64,000 nucleotides of DNA from an uncultured Gammaproteobacteria bacterium (lineage in GTDB: Bacteria; Patescibacteriota; Microgenomatia; Levybacterales; UBA12049). How positions within the stretch are numbered: the stretch's first letter is position 1; each line of letters begins with the position of its first letter. Below the pieces are notes generated by a model, which was not told where the DNA came from, did not search any database, and saw only the letters and a list, made by a program, of their open reading frames with translations. Positions 41,373 through 51,187 of the stretch are shown here, piece after piece. The translations under genes and the position numbers were made by a program. Location: the NCBI GenBank assembly GCA_965230895.1, contig OZ246394.1:1313887-1377886 (forward strand). The letters run 5' to 3'.

Positions 41373-42836
41373 ATGAAATCAGCCCTTCGCTATATCAATC
41401 CAATACAACGTTTGGGATATACAAGTTATTCGTTCTGGTTTCCATTATTATTCTCAATTTTTATAGCTATTGTCTCCGAGTTTTATGCTTATTCTATTGC
41501 TCACAATCCTTTAGCAGTTGGTACATACATTATTTTTGTCCATGTAGCTTTAGTTATTTATTTTGCATTCAGGGACGGTATACGGGGAGGGGTAATTACT
41601 TCTGTCGTTGCTGTTGTCTATTATCTTTACATTACGTTCTCACGGAACTATTCAGGAGAACAGCTTACCCGAAGCATTGACGTTGTTATTATCCTGGGGT
41701 TATTCTTTCTTCTTTTGGCGGGTGTTATCGGTTGGTTAAAACAAACAATTGATGGATTACTTGAGCGCGAAAAAGATGAGCGAAGGCGTCTTCAAGCGAT
41801 TATCGCACAATTGCCGGTTGGAGTAATTATTACAGATAAGGATGGAGTTGTGCAGGAAACAAATAAACGCTTTGAACAGATTCTTGGGATGAAAATTCCT
41901 AAAGGTTTTAAAGTAGGGCATGAATTATTACTTGAAACAAAGCATGATGGAAGAGTAATTATTCCTTCTCAAGGTCCGCTTGCTTTAACTCTTGCTACAG
42001 GCAGACCAGTTATCGGTAAAGAATTTACATTTACAAGAAAGGATGGTAAACAGGTCCATGTGCAGTCAAGCTCTGCAGCGATTCACAATAAGGCAGGCAA
42101 GATTATTGCTGCAGCTTCAATTTCCACCGATGTAACGCAACAAAAGGAGATGGAAGCACGAAAAGATGACTTCGTAAATATGGCTTCTCATGAATTAAAA
42201 ACGCCAATTACCAGTATGAAATTATATACAGAAGCGTTAATAAAAAGATTACAAGGGAAAGATAATGCAATGTTGAAGACTCTTCAGCGCATTCACTACC
42301 AAACAGAGAATCTACAGGAGCTCGTGAGTGATTTACTCGATGTTTCCAGAATCCAAACCGGTAAATTATCATTTAATAAAGAAGATTTTGTCCTGAACGA
42401 TTTGATTGAAGAGACAGTTCAGGCATTACAGGAATCTACAGCAAATCATGCCGTGTCCTTCCATGCAAAAAAGAAGATCACTATTCATGCTGATAGGTTT
42501 CGGTTATATCAGGTGCTTACAAATTTGATAACGAATGCAATTAAATATTCACCACAAGGAGGAGATATAAAAGTTTCTGTAAAAGTAATCGATAAAAAAG
42601 CAATTGTAAGTGTACAGGATTATGGTATTGGGATTCCTAAGGATCAGTATCGAAAAATATTTGATCGACTTTATCAGGTGACAGGGCCGAAAGAAAAAAC
42701 ATTTCCTGGATTGGGAATGGGGTTATATATTTCCAAAGAAATCATCCGCCGCCACAAAGGAAATATATGGGTTGAAAGTCTACCTGATAAAGGTACAACT
42801 TTTTACTTCTCGATTCCCATGAAGCAGGGTAAGTAA
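41373..42836 (+). CDS. Membrane PAS-domain sensor histidine kinase
   Basis: N-terminal TMs, PAS domain, H-box ASHELKTPITS, N-box NAIKYS, G1 DYGIGI and G2 GLGMGL. Confidence 0.92.
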   Translation: MKSALRYINPIQRLGYTSYSFWFPLLFSIFIAIVSEFYAYSIAHNPLAVGTYIIFVHVALVIYFAFRDGIRGGVITSVVAVVYYLYITFSRNYSGEQLTRSIDVVIILGLFFLLLAGVIGWLKQTIDGLLEREKDERRRLQAIIAQLPVGVIITDKDGVVQETNKRFEQILGMKIPKGFKVGHELLLETKHDGRVIIPSQGPLALTLATGRPVIGKEFTFTRKDGKQVHVQSSSAAIHNKAGKIIAAASISTDVTQQKEMEARKDDFVNMASHELKTPITSMKLYTEALIKRLQGKDNAMLKTLQRIHYQTENLQELVSDLLDVSRIQTGKLSFNKEDFVLNDLIEETVQALQESTANHAVSFHAKKKITIHADRFRLYQVLTNLITNAIKYSPQGGDIKVSVKVIDKKAIVSVQDYGIGIPKDQYRKIFDRLYQVTGPKEKTFPGLGMGLYISKEIIRRHKGNIWVESLPDKGTTFYFSIPMKQGK

Positions 42837-42858
42837 AAATTTGGTAGTATATATATCA

Positions 42859-43077
42859 GTGGCAAAACAATACAAAATCGAAATAGTTGAAGAGGGAATC
42901 ATCGGTTCAATGTTACTTGGTGCAAGTGGACTTCCCACGACTCGCATGGAACAATTAATGAATCATTATGCCCATAATGGATGGGAAATGCATTTTATGG
43001 TTGTTGAGAAAAGAAGATTATTTCTTTTTTGGAGTAGAGAATCTGTCATCATCACCTTTGTCCGAGAATCGAAATAA
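42859..43077 (+). CDS. DUF4177-like small protein
   Basis: QYKI....MEQLMNHYAHNGWEM...ITFVRE pattern; likely GTG start at 42859. Confidence 0.6.
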   Translation: MAKQYKIEIVEEGIIGSMLLGASGLPTTRMEQLMNHYAHNGWEMHFMVVEKRRLFLFWSRESVIITFVRESK

Positions 43078-43142
43078 TTGTATTGGTTGTGTAAGAATCC
43101 TTGATTCTAAATTCTCCTTATTGTATAAATAGATAGTTCCTG

Positions 43143-44291
43143 ATGAAACGACTTGCAGTCATATTGTGTGCTCTTTTGGTATTTATGGTAGGCACATATG
43201 TTTTGTCCCAACGGAATAATGCACAAAAGCCTCCAATAGCCACCAATTCTGTCAGTAACACTGCGACAACTCAACCTCAGAATAAAAATGATATCCCATC
43301 GGAAACCATTATCGCAGAGAATCTTGATACACCTTGGGCAATTGCAATCTTGCCTGATGGGAAATTGCTTGTTACAGAGCGGTTTGGGAGGGTCACACTT
43401 ATTGATCCAACTGGTGCTGCCCAACCTGTAGTTTCAGCAACACTATCTAACGTAACAGAAATAGGAGAAGGTGGACTACTCGGGATTGCGATTGATCCGA
43501 ATTTCGCATCGAATAAATATGTTTATCTCTATTACACATACAGTAGTATCGGTACTGATACTCTGAATCGAGTTGTTCGGATGACATTAAATGGTAATAC
43601 GTTGCAGGATGAAAAAACAATTGTCGATCGTATCCCTGGCGCATCCAATCACGATGGAGGACGAATTAAGTTTGGCCCCGACAACTATTTATATATAGGG
43701 ACTGGTGACGCTCAGAACCCCACACAAGCACAGATCACTTCAACCTTAGGTGGTAAGATCTTGAGAGTAACTACTGATGGTCAACCAGCTCCTGGAAATC
43801 CTTTTAACAATGACGTCTATTCGTATGGTCATAGAAATGTCCAGGGCTTAGCATGGGATGCACAAGGAGGATTATGGGCAACTGAGCATGGGAGATCCGG
43901 TGTTGCTTCAGGCTTAGATGAATTAAATTACATAAAGCCTGGCAGTAATTATGGTTGGCCTGATATAGAAGGAAGTGCAACGAGAAATGGTATGCAGGCT
44001 CCTGCATATAACTCAGGCCCTAACGATACTTGGGCTCCTTCAGGTGCAGCATTTGTAAATGGTTCTGTCTATTTCAGTGGACTTCGGGGACGTAACTTGT
44101 ACCAAGCGGTCGTTTCCAATGGGCAAGTGACAGACTTCAAAGAACATTTGGAAGGGAAGTATGGCCGCATCCGTGAAGTTGTCGCAACAAATGATGGACT
44201 TTTGTACATAACTACAAGTAATAAAGATGGGAGAGGGGTACCTCAAAGTGGAGATGATAAGATCATCCGAGTGAATCCGGAGAAGCTTTAG
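43143..44291 (+). CDS. PQQ-dependent glucose/sorbosone dehydrogenase (YliI/Asd family)
   Basis: PWAIA, GEGGLLGIA.DP, NHDGGRIKFGPD, GHRNVQGL, DELN..GSNYGWP and GRIREV. Confidence 0.9.
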   Translation: MKRLAVILCALLVFMVGTYVLSQRNNAQKPPIATNSVSNTATTQPQNKNDIPSETIIAENLDTPWAIAILPDGKLLVTERFGRVTLIDPTGAAQPVVSATLSNVTEIGEGGLLGIAIDPNFASNKYVYLYYTYSSIGTDTLNRVVRMTLNGNTLQDEKTIVDRIPGASNHDGGRIKFGPDNYLYIGTGDAQNPTQAQITSTLGGKILRVTTDGQPAPGNPFNNDVYSYGHRNVQGLAWDAQGGLWATEHGRSGVASGLDELNYIKPGSNYGWPDIEGSATRNGMQAPAYNSGPNDTWAPSGAAFVNGSVYFSGLRGRNLYQAVVSNGQVTDFKEHLEGKYGRIREVVATNDGLLYITTSNKDGRGVPQSGDDKIIRVNPEKL

Positions 44292-44635
44292 ATGAGCTTG
44301 AACCAAATGATTTTGACCACAGTATCTTTGTCTACGCTACGGCCATAATACTTTTCGTATGTTTCGTACATTTCTTGATCGCTTCTGAACTGTTCATGTC
44401 CTTTTTTATCTTCCTCCGTGAGATCTCCCAATGGCTTTTCAAGTGTCTTTGTAATAACACCTGAGGCAAAAGGAGTAGTTTTTCCAAATTCAAGAAAATC
44501 TAAGACATCATTTTCCGCTAAAGCTTTCTCATCCCATAAACGCCATGTAGAGACTTTTTTGCCAGAAAGTACAAGAGGAACCAGGTGTGATGCAAACTTT
44601 AATTGTTTCTTAAGCCTTGCGGTTTGTTCAGTCAT
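44288..44635 (-). CDS. ASCH domain protein
   Basis: LKF..LV..VLSGKKVSTWR motif. Confidence 0.75.
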   Translation of the reverse strand: MTEQTARLKKQLKFASHLVPLVLSGKKVSTWRLWDEKALAENDVLDFLEFGKTTPFASGVITKTLEKPLGDLTEEDKKGHEQFRSDQEMYETYEKYYGRSVDKDTVVKIIWFKLI

Positions 44636-44640
44636 AGAAT

Positions 44641-45285
44641 CTAGATGAGTCCTGTTGACTTCATCTTCCTTGCGCAGCCAGGAAATTGAGTATGGATACT
44701 TGATCGTTGAAGGAGCTGCTTAACTGCTGCTTTTTGAACCTCAAGTGGAGCAAAGTCAGCTCGTTCATACCCTGTGTTCATACTATTCCATGTACCTTGT
44801 GAGAATTGGAATGCTCCATAATAGCCATTACCTGTATTCTTGGTCGGATTCATACCAGTTTCACAGTTCCCTAGGTAGGTAAGTGCTTCTTCAGAAATAA
44901 CTGAAGCATTATCTGTAGGAGCTACTGTTTCTACAGCTATAGGAGTTGGAACTGCTGTTGGTACCGCAGTTGGAGCTAGTGTAGCAGTTGGGATTGGTGC
45001 TGTAGGTGTTGGTTGTGTCGTTATTGTCCCTTTAACCTCTATCGTTGGTCCTTGAGAAGGAGTTGGTGTTGTTGTGGTATTCACGGTGGAAGTACGTGCC
45101 GCAGATATAGGACTTTGGACAAAAACAGTTGGAGTAGGGACGTTCGTGAATGGCTCAACAAGGTGCACTTTATTTGGTGCATATTGCGCAACTTCTTGTG
45201 CATGTGCAACGGCATGGAAGATACCGGTTGAGATAGTGAACGAAAGTAAATAAAGAAGAAAGTACCCAGTCTTTTTTCTCTGCAT
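44641..45285 (-). CDS. Secreted Rpf-like (resuscitation-promoting factor) lytic transglycosylase domain protein
   Basis: CETGMNPTKNTGNGYYGAFQFSQGTWNS...QFPGC after a signal peptide and Pro/Thr linker. Confidence 0.88.
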   Translation of the reverse strand: MQRKKTGYFLLYLLSFTISTGIFHAVAHAQEVAQYAPNKVHLVEPFTNVPTPTVFVQSPISAARTSTVNTTTTPTPSQGPTIEVKGTITTQPTPTAPIPTATLAPTAVPTAVPTPIAVETVAPTDNASVISEEALTYLGNCETGMNPTKNTGNGYYGAFQFSQGTWNSMNTGYERADFAPLEVQKAAVKQLLQRSSIHTQFPGCARKMKSTGLI

Positions 45286-45505
45286 GTGTCTATAATAACA
45301 TGGTTTTGAGCTCTTTCTAATGTAAGTTATCTATGGGTCTTTGTCTATAGTGATGAGTTTCCTTCCAAAATTCTTACAGTTGGCTGGATACTAAGGCTGT
45401 GTACAAATATGGATCAAAAGAGGAGTTTTGTTATAAGTCTATCGAAAAAGCTTGACAAAATTTACCATGGGAAGTGTTTACGGGGAGATTTGCTATAATA
45501 AATTT

Positions 45506-46054
45506 ATGGCTAATGGACCCGCAAGTATCAGTGATGAAGCTATTCTCAAGGCAACAGGTGCTCCTTGGACTCATTGGTTAGAAGTGTTCTCCCTCATGGA
45601 TGCAAAGTCTCTTCCTCATAAAGATATTGCACGCAAACTATCTGAAGACCATAAAGTGCCTGGATGGTGGAGTCAGATGCTTACAGTGAAGTTTGAATAT
45701 GAAATTGGACGTCGGCAAATTCGTCAAGATAAACCAGGTGAATATACTATGAATTTTTCTTCAACAATTCATGGACATTTAGATATTATCTACAAACGTT
45801 GGCAACACGCGCACAATACTATAAAAGAATTGAATGGAGTTGCGTTCTTAGAGGCTCCGGTGCTTTCTCAAACGGATAATTGGAGATACTGGAAAGCAAA
45901 GATGAGCGACGGTTCTCGTATTTATATAAACTTTTCTCAGAAATCAGAAGAGAAAGTGCTACTTCAAATTACCCAAGAAAGAATTTCCAGTGAAGCCAAA
46001 GCTGATCAATGGAAAGAATACTGGAAATACGTTGTTCATAAGGAATTTTCATAA
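45506..46054 (+). CDS. Hypothetical protein (DUF4287-like N-terminus)
   Basis: ISDEAILKATG..W..W...HK.IA...WWSQ.LTV.FE; start placed at ATG 45506 after TGCTATAAT. Confidence 0.65.
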   Translation: MANGPASISDEAILKATGAPWTHWLEVFSLMDAKSLPHKDIARKLSEDHKVPGWWSQMLTVKFEYEIGRRQIRQDKPGEYTMNFSSTIHGHLDIIYKRWQHAHNTIKELNGVAFLEAPVLSQTDNWRYWKAKMSDGSRIYINFSQKSEEKVLLQITQERISSEAKADQWKEYWKYVVHKEFS

Positions 46055-46629
46055 TGGTTAAATCCGATTTACCGCAACTTTATTTCGGGACAGTTCAGGA
46101 ATGGGAAGCATGGCTCTCAAAAAATCATACAACATCGAAAGGTATTTGGATGAAGTTTGCCAAGAAGGGAAGTGGCATTCCTGCTATATCTCATGATGAA
46201 GCGTTACTTCCAGCTTTATGTTATGGGTGGATCGATGGCCAAGCAGATAAGTTTGATGAATTATATTGGCTGATGAAATTTACTCCGCGTAGACCGCGAA
46301 GCATGTGGTCCAAAAGGAACTGTGATTTTGTAACTCAGTTGATAGCTGAAGGCAAGATGCAGCCTGCAGGTCAAGCACAAATTGAAGCCGCAAAAGCTGA
46401 TGGTCGATGGGACGCGGCATATGATTCTCCAAAGAATATGGTTGTTCCAGAAGACTTCCTCCAAGAGTTGGCTAAAGATCCCAAGGCTTTGGAATTTTTT
46501 GAATCATTGAATAAAACGAATAAATATGCGATCGTTTTTCGTCTGCAAACGGCTAAAAAACCTGAAACCAAGGAACGAAGAAAACAGGTTCTCCTCGAAA
46601 TGCTAAAGAAAGGGGAAAAGCTTTACTAG
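46054..46629 (+). CDS. YdeI/OmpD-associated family protein
   Basis: WEAWL..NH, ALCYGWIDG, FTPRRPRSMWS and AKKPETKERR. Confidence 0.88.
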   Translation: MVKSDLPQLYFGTVQEWEAWLSKNHTTSKGIWMKFAKKGSGIPAISHDEALLPALCYGWIDGQADKFDELYWLMKFTPRRPRSMWSKRNCDFVTQLIAEGKMQPAGQAQIEAAKADGRWDAAYDSPKNMVVPEDFLQELAKDPKALEFFESLNKTNKYAIVFRLQTAKKPETKERRKQVLLEMLKKGEKLY

Positions 46630-46646
46630 TTTGCTATAATCAAATT

Positions 46647-47066
46647 ATGAACATGTTCAAGCCTACAGCAGCTAAAACTCCCCAAGAATACATCGACCTT
46701 ATTGAAGATCCGAAAAGAAAGGCAGAGATCATCAAGCTTCATGAAATGATCCAAAAGACTGTCCCGGATCTGAAGCCATATATTTTATCAGGTATGATTG
46801 GCTATGGATCATTTCATTACAAAAGTAAAAGCGGGCGAGAAGGCGATTGGTCAGTTATTGCATTGGCAAGTCAGAAGAATTATATCTCAGTCTATCTGTG
46901 CTCGACTGAAGGCACCCAATACATGGCGGAAAAGCATAAAGACGAATTTCCAAAGGCAAGTGTCGGTAAGAGCTGTATCCGTATCAAAAAGCTTGAAGAC
47001 ATTGATCTTGATCAACTCATGAAGCTACTTAAAAAAGGTGCAGATGCGCCTGGATTTGGAGATTAA
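46647..47066 (+). CDS. DUF1801 (YdhG-like) protein
   Basis: MIGYGSFHYK..SGREGDW, LASQKNYISVY and GKSCIRIKKLEDID. Confidence 0.85.
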   Translation: MNMFKPTAAKTPQEYIDLIEDPKRKAEIIKLHEMIQKTVPDLKPYILSGMIGYGSFHYKSKSGREGDWSVIALASQKNYISVYLCSTEGTQYMAEKHKDEFPKASVGKSCIRIKKLEDIDLDQLMKLLKKGADAPGFGD

Positions 47067-47067
47067 T

Positions 47068-47325
47068 ATGCCTCAAAAATGTACCCATCAAAACGAAATG
47101 AAAGTAACAGAACCCAAGACTGAAGGCTGCGAAGAATGCCTCAAATCGGGTGATACATGGGTTTCATTAAGAATGTGCCTTTCCTGTGGACATGTAGGCT
47201 GCTGTAATGATTCAAAGAATAAACATGCGAGCAAACATTATCTGATAACAAATCATCCGCTTATGAAGTCTGTGACGCCTGGGGAAGAGTTCACATGGTG
47301 CTACGTTGATGAGGTGTACCTCTAA
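47068..47325 (+). CDS. UBP-type zinc finger protein
   Basis: CEEC...W..LRMCLSCGHVGCC.DS..KHA..H...HP...WCYVDE; ATG at 47068. Confidence 0.9.
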   Translation: MPQKCTHQNEMKVTEPKTEGCEECLKSGDTWVSLRMCLSCGHVGCCNDSKNKHASKHYLITNHPLMKSVTPGEEFTWCYVDEVYL

Positions 47326-47485
47326 ATCACATTCCGCCTACAAGCTGCGTAAATAGTTCATTGTTAAACACCATCAGGTATAAACCAATAATCAAACCAA
47401 TTCCAATGACAATCACAAATAACCAATTTCCTTGACGCATATTTATTACTTTTAGTATATGAAGTTGGTTTATAATTAACAAGTT

Positions 47486-48523
47486 ATGAAAGTTTGGACC
47501 ACATTTACTCCAGGGAAAGTGAGTTGGGAATTAACGACTGTGGCAACGCAAGGTAAAGGCGGAGATAGCCGATGGATGAATCATCTCGATCTGATTGAAT
47601 CAAGTTTGCGCAAACTTAAATCAGCGGGTATTGAAGGAATTCGACTAGTCATTTACCCGTACGAACTTTCTGAAGATGGAAAGACATTTAACTGGAAACC
47701 GCTTGAAACCATGCTTGATCTCTGCAAGAAGGTTAAGATGAAAGTAGAGTGGTGTGTTGGTCCATTCCAATATCCAAATTATCCGGGGATCTATTTCCCC
47801 AAACCTCTTCTAAGACATGTATTTAACAATACAAGAAGTCTTGATACAACGCCTGCGTTAAAGGAATTTGGTGATATGTTCCTTGAGAAACAAATGCTTC
47901 GGTATGGTGAAGATGATCGTATCCGAGGCTTTCATTTTGCCAATGAATGGCCCGATATGCAACGTGTACAAGGGAAAGAAAGTGTACGGACGGGTATTTC
48001 TGCTGCCTATATGCAGCATGCTGCGAAATATCTTAAAGAGAATACAGATAAACAAATCTCTTTTAATACAAATATAGATGCTTCAGATAAAAGAAAGCTG
48101 AGCAATAGCTTTGGAGAACTGTTTGATATCTTGGGTGATCGTGTGCGACTCGGATTTGATGTGTACCCCTCGCAAGAAACTTGGCGTAAAGCGTTTCTTC
48201 AAAAGTTGCGTAGATTCTTTGAGCCATATCAAAGATCATATCAATGGTGTGATAGACGATTCCCGCTCTGTGGCTTGTTCTTTTGTGAAGTTGAAGCCCA
48301 GCCTTGGGGAAATGGGTGGTCATGGTATCGGATTATCAATGCTGCAGAAAATCCTCAGAAGAAGATTATTCAATATTCACGTAGCTCTCTTCCTTATACT
48401 ATGAATAAGTATATTTCCCCAACAAAAACAAATGAAGTGAGCCTTTGGGGAGCAGATTTCTGGCTCGTAGCAGATTTGATGGGAGTAAAATGGCCGCTTG
48501 AACAGGTGAAATCCTTACGATAG
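47486..48523 (+). CDS. Putative clan GH-A glycoside hydrolase
   Basis: GIRL...E....FNW, acid/base-like ANEW, GFDVYP and nucleophile-like CEVEAQPW. Confidence 0.65.
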   Translation: MKVWTTFTPGKVSWELTTVATQGKGGDSRWMNHLDLIESSLRKLKSAGIEGIRLVIYPYELSEDGKTFNWKPLETMLDLCKKVKMKVEWCVGPFQYPNYPGIYFPKPLLRHVFNNTRSLDTTPALKEFGDMFLEKQMLRYGEDDRIRGFHFANEWPDMQRVQGKESVRTGISAAYMQHAAKYLKENTDKQISFNTNIDASDKRKLSNSFGELFDILGDRVRLGFDVYPSQETWRKAFLQKLRRFFEPYQRSYQWCDRRFPLCGLFFCEVEAQPWGNGWSWYRIINAAENPQKKIIQYSRSSLPYTMNKYISPTKTNEVSLWGADFWLVADLMGVKWPLEQVKSLR

Positions 48524-48538
48524 TGCTATACTAAATTT

Positions 48539-49312
48539 ATGGAATACTTTCACGCCTTGATCCTTGCTGTTGTTGAGGGTATCACAGAATTTCTTCCTGT
48601 CTCATCAACTGGTCATTTGGTCCTCACCGCCAAACTTCTCAATATTCCACAAACAGAATTTGTCAAAAGCTTTGAAATCATTATCCAATTAGGTTCAATC
48701 TTGGCAATAATTTTTCTTTACTGGAAGAAGCTTTTTGTACAGAGGACTGTATGGAAACCGATTCTTGTGGCATATTTGCCGACAGCCATCTTGGGCTTCA
48801 CCTTATATAAGCTTATTAAAGGCTATCTAATAGGGAATGAAATGATCACTGTGATTGCACTTTTTCTTGGTGGTATAGTTTTGATTATAATTGAGCTATT
48901 TCATAAAGAAGAGAAAGGTACTATTGAAAAAATTGAGGATATTCCGCTAAAGTCTGCAGTCGGGATCGGTTTTTTCCAGTCGCTAGCTATGGTTCCTGGA
49001 GTTTCCCGTTCCGCAGCAACAATTATTGGAGGATTACTTTTAAAGCTCAAACGTAAAACAGCAGTCGAATTCTCGTTTCTCCTTGCAGTACCGACGATGA
49101 TCTCAGCTACAGGACTAGATCTCATTGAAACAAGATTTACTTTTACACCATATGAATATTCTGTCTTAGCAGTAGGGTTTATCGGCGCATTCTTTGTCGC
49201 TATTTTTACCGTTAAATTTGTATTGAAATATATCGAGCGGAATAACTTTATACCATTTGGTATTTATCGAATTATCGTAGCAATCTTATTCTTCTTGTTT
49301 ATCCTCAACTAA
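48539..49312 (+). CDS. uppP: Undecaprenyl-diphosphate phosphatase
   Basis: VEGITEFLPVSSTGHL, PGVSRSAATI and EFSFLLAVP. Confidence 0.96.
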   Translation: MEYFHALILAVVEGITEFLPVSSTGHLVLTAKLLNIPQTEFVKSFEIIIQLGSILAIIFLYWKKLFVQRTVWKPILVAYLPTAILGFTLYKLIKGYLIGNEMITVIALFLGGIVLIIIELFHKEEKGTIEKIEDIPLKSAVGIGFFQSLAMVPGVSRSAATIIGGLLLKLKRKTAVEFSFLLAVPTMISATGLDLIETRFTFTPYEYSVLAVGFIGAFFVAIFTVKFVLKYIERNNFIPFGIYRIIVAILFFLFILN

Positions 49313-49659
49313 AAGAAAACTTCCCACCAACGTTGATAGTTTGGGCGGATATCAATAGGGGGGGAAGTTGCAGTTTTCGTGGCTGCGATATGTGTCGAAG
49401 GAATAACGACGATGCCTTCACCAGGTTTTGCCAATAATAATTTATCTCTGGCTTCGGCTTCAACAAATTCAGGCTTACTTACTTTTGCGAGGTCTTTTCT
49501 CAATTCTTGGTTTTCGGCTTTGGCGTGATCTAAGTCTTCTTGTGCTTTTATAATCAAATCTTGTTTTTGCCATGTGGCATAGATTGAGTGAGCAAGGTTA
49601 TTAATCGTAAGAAGGAGAACACCAACAATAAGAAAAAAAGCTATTTTTTTATAACCCAT
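49309..49659 (-). CDS. Septum formation initiator (FtsB/DivIC family)
   Basis: TM plus coiled coil, then EAEARDKLLLAKPGE. Confidence 0.8.
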   Translation of the reverse strand: MGYKKIAFFLIVGVLLLTINNLAHSIYATWQKQDLIIKAQEDLDHAKAENQELRKDLAKVSKPEFVEAEARDKLLLAKPGEGIVVIPSTHIAATKTATSPPIDIRPNYQRWWEVFF

Positions 49660-49759
49660 TATGTTTTATAATATAATCTCTTTACGAAGGCATTGCAACG
49701 TCTCATAAACTTCTGCTTGTTATTTATGCAGTTTTATGATATTATGGGACTTACAATTT

Positions 49760-50620
49760 ATGAAAGAGATTAAAATTAAAGAAGCTCATCAAGAGTTTGT
49801 CGATTTTTTGCGAGGCAAGAAGCACTCAAGTGCGACTGTTTTGGCATATGGAAAAGACATTGATCAACTCACACAATTCTTAGGCGAACTTGAGAAAGAG
49901 CACATTCATGATGTAAGTAAGGACGATATTCAAGCGTTCTTAGCTGCTCTTGCGGAAAAAGGGTACACTCCAAAGTCATTATCACGTAAATTAAACTCAA
50001 CTCGAACTTTCTACCGATTCTTGAAAGTGAATGAATATGTTTCAGATGATCCATCACTTTTGGTTTCACATCCACAATATGAATTAGCAGCACCACGTAT
50101 TTTGAAGCCGACTGAATACCGGGCACTCCGTGATGCAGCTCGAAATGATGCACGTATGTATGCAATCATCGAACTTTTGCTTCAAACAGGTATCCGAATC
50201 GGTGAATTAGCAGATATTAGAACAGCAGATGTACAAGGTGATAATATCAACATCCGACCTCATGAAAAGCATGAAGAAAGAGTTGTTCCATTGAACAAAT
50301 CGGCAAAAGAAGCGTTGACTCGATATCTCAGTATCCGCCCTCAAATTGAAGATGACCATGTCTTTGTTACAAAATCAGGCAAACCTTTCTTGGTTCGAAA
50401 CATTCGTACAGCAATTGAACGTTACTTCAGAATTGCTGGTATCGAAAATGCGAAGGTAAATGATCTTCGACACACATTCGTTGCTCACCACTTGAAGCAC
50501 GGAGTTTCATTGGTACTTCTTTCAAAGATTCTTGGTCACAAGAGACTTTCTACAACAGAACGTTACCTCAACTACGTTCAAGATCGTGCTAAAGACACGA
50601 CAACCCTCAGTGAACTTTAA
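49760..50620 (+). CDS. XerC/XerD-family tyrosine recombinase
   Basis: N-terminal SAM-like domain, TGIRIGEL, DLRHTF, LGHKRLSTTERY; likely start at ATG 49760. Confidence 0.9.
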   Translation: MKEIKIKEAHQEFVDFLRGKKHSSATVLAYGKDIDQLTQFLGELEKEHIHDVSKDDIQAFLAALAEKGYTPKSLSRKLNSTRTFYRFLKVNEYVSDDPSLLVSHPQYELAAPRILKPTEYRALRDAARNDARMYAIIELLLQTGIRIGELADIRTADVQGDNINIRPHEKHEERVVPLNKSAKEALTRYLSIRPQIEDDHVFVTKSGKPFLVRNIRTAIERYFRIAGIENAKVNDLRHTFVAHHLKHGVSLVLLSKILGHKRLSTTERYLNYVQDRAKDTTTLSEL

Positions 50621-50682
50621 AGTTCAGTAATTCCTTAGTATATTTTCCTTGAAGATTTTTGTGGTGTTTTCGTGGCTTACTG

Positions 50683-50755
50683 TGGGCCAGGAAGGACTCG
50701 AACCTTCGACAAGGAGTGTATAAGACGCCTGTTCTAGCCGCTGAACTACTGGCCC
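50683..50755 (-). tRNA. tRNA-Ile (anticodon UAU)
   Basis: GGGCCAG/CTGGCCC acceptor, D arm, anticodon loop CTTATAC, T arm GAAGGTTCGAGTCCTTC, discriminator A; no encoded CCA. Confidence 0.85.
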
Positions 50756-50799
50756 TTGATAGGAAGTATTATAACACTAAAAAGACAGGATGAGCAGTG

Positions 50800-51147
50800 T
50801 TATTCCCAAAGTTCTGTGAACATACCTTTGCAGAGTAGCTCTTGTTCCCGAAGGGGAGTGATCCTCTCAATCTTAAATCCCAATCCTTTCGCGATGTCAT
50901 CTACCTGTGCTTGTGGTATATGTCTGCTACAAGCTTTCCATTCCGCTATATGCTGCGCATATTCAGTGGTAAGAAATTCTGCGATAACTTCCAATATATC
51001 TGCTCCTTTAATTTCTCCTTCAGGAGTAACTGTATAGAGTTTGGCGCTGTGATAGTAGAGAAGCTTCCATTCATTCCCATCAGATTCGTAAATACGAAAA
51101 ATAATTTCTATGCTATCGAGAAGAATAACACCATATCTGTGGTCCAT
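50800..51147 (-). CDS. Hypothetical protein, weak resemblance to Ppx/GppA N-terminal fragment
   Basis: GLGFKIERITPLREQELLCKG recalls the Ppx 'G..I.VI.G.EEA.L...G' segment; only 115 aa. Confidence 0.45.
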   Translation of the reverse strand: MDHRYGVILLDSIEIIFRIYESDGNEWKLLYYHSAKLYTVTPEGEIKGADILEVIAEFLTTEYAQHIAEWKACSRHIPQAQVDDIAKGLGFKIERITPLREQELLCKGMFTELWE

Positions 51148-51187
51148 ATATCCAATATTATGAGAATATGGTATGATATGTCAAGAA

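Noticed and set aside
49644-49670. dif site upstream of the xer gene
   Set aside because: TTATGTTTTAT resembles a XerD arm, but the spacer is 4 bp rather than 6 and it overlaps the start and promoter of the FtsB-like gene.
49736-50755. Integrative element (integrase next to a tRNA)
   Set aside because: The recombinase is XerC/D-sized and flanked by housekeeping genes; no duplicated tRNA 3' end (att site) was seen.
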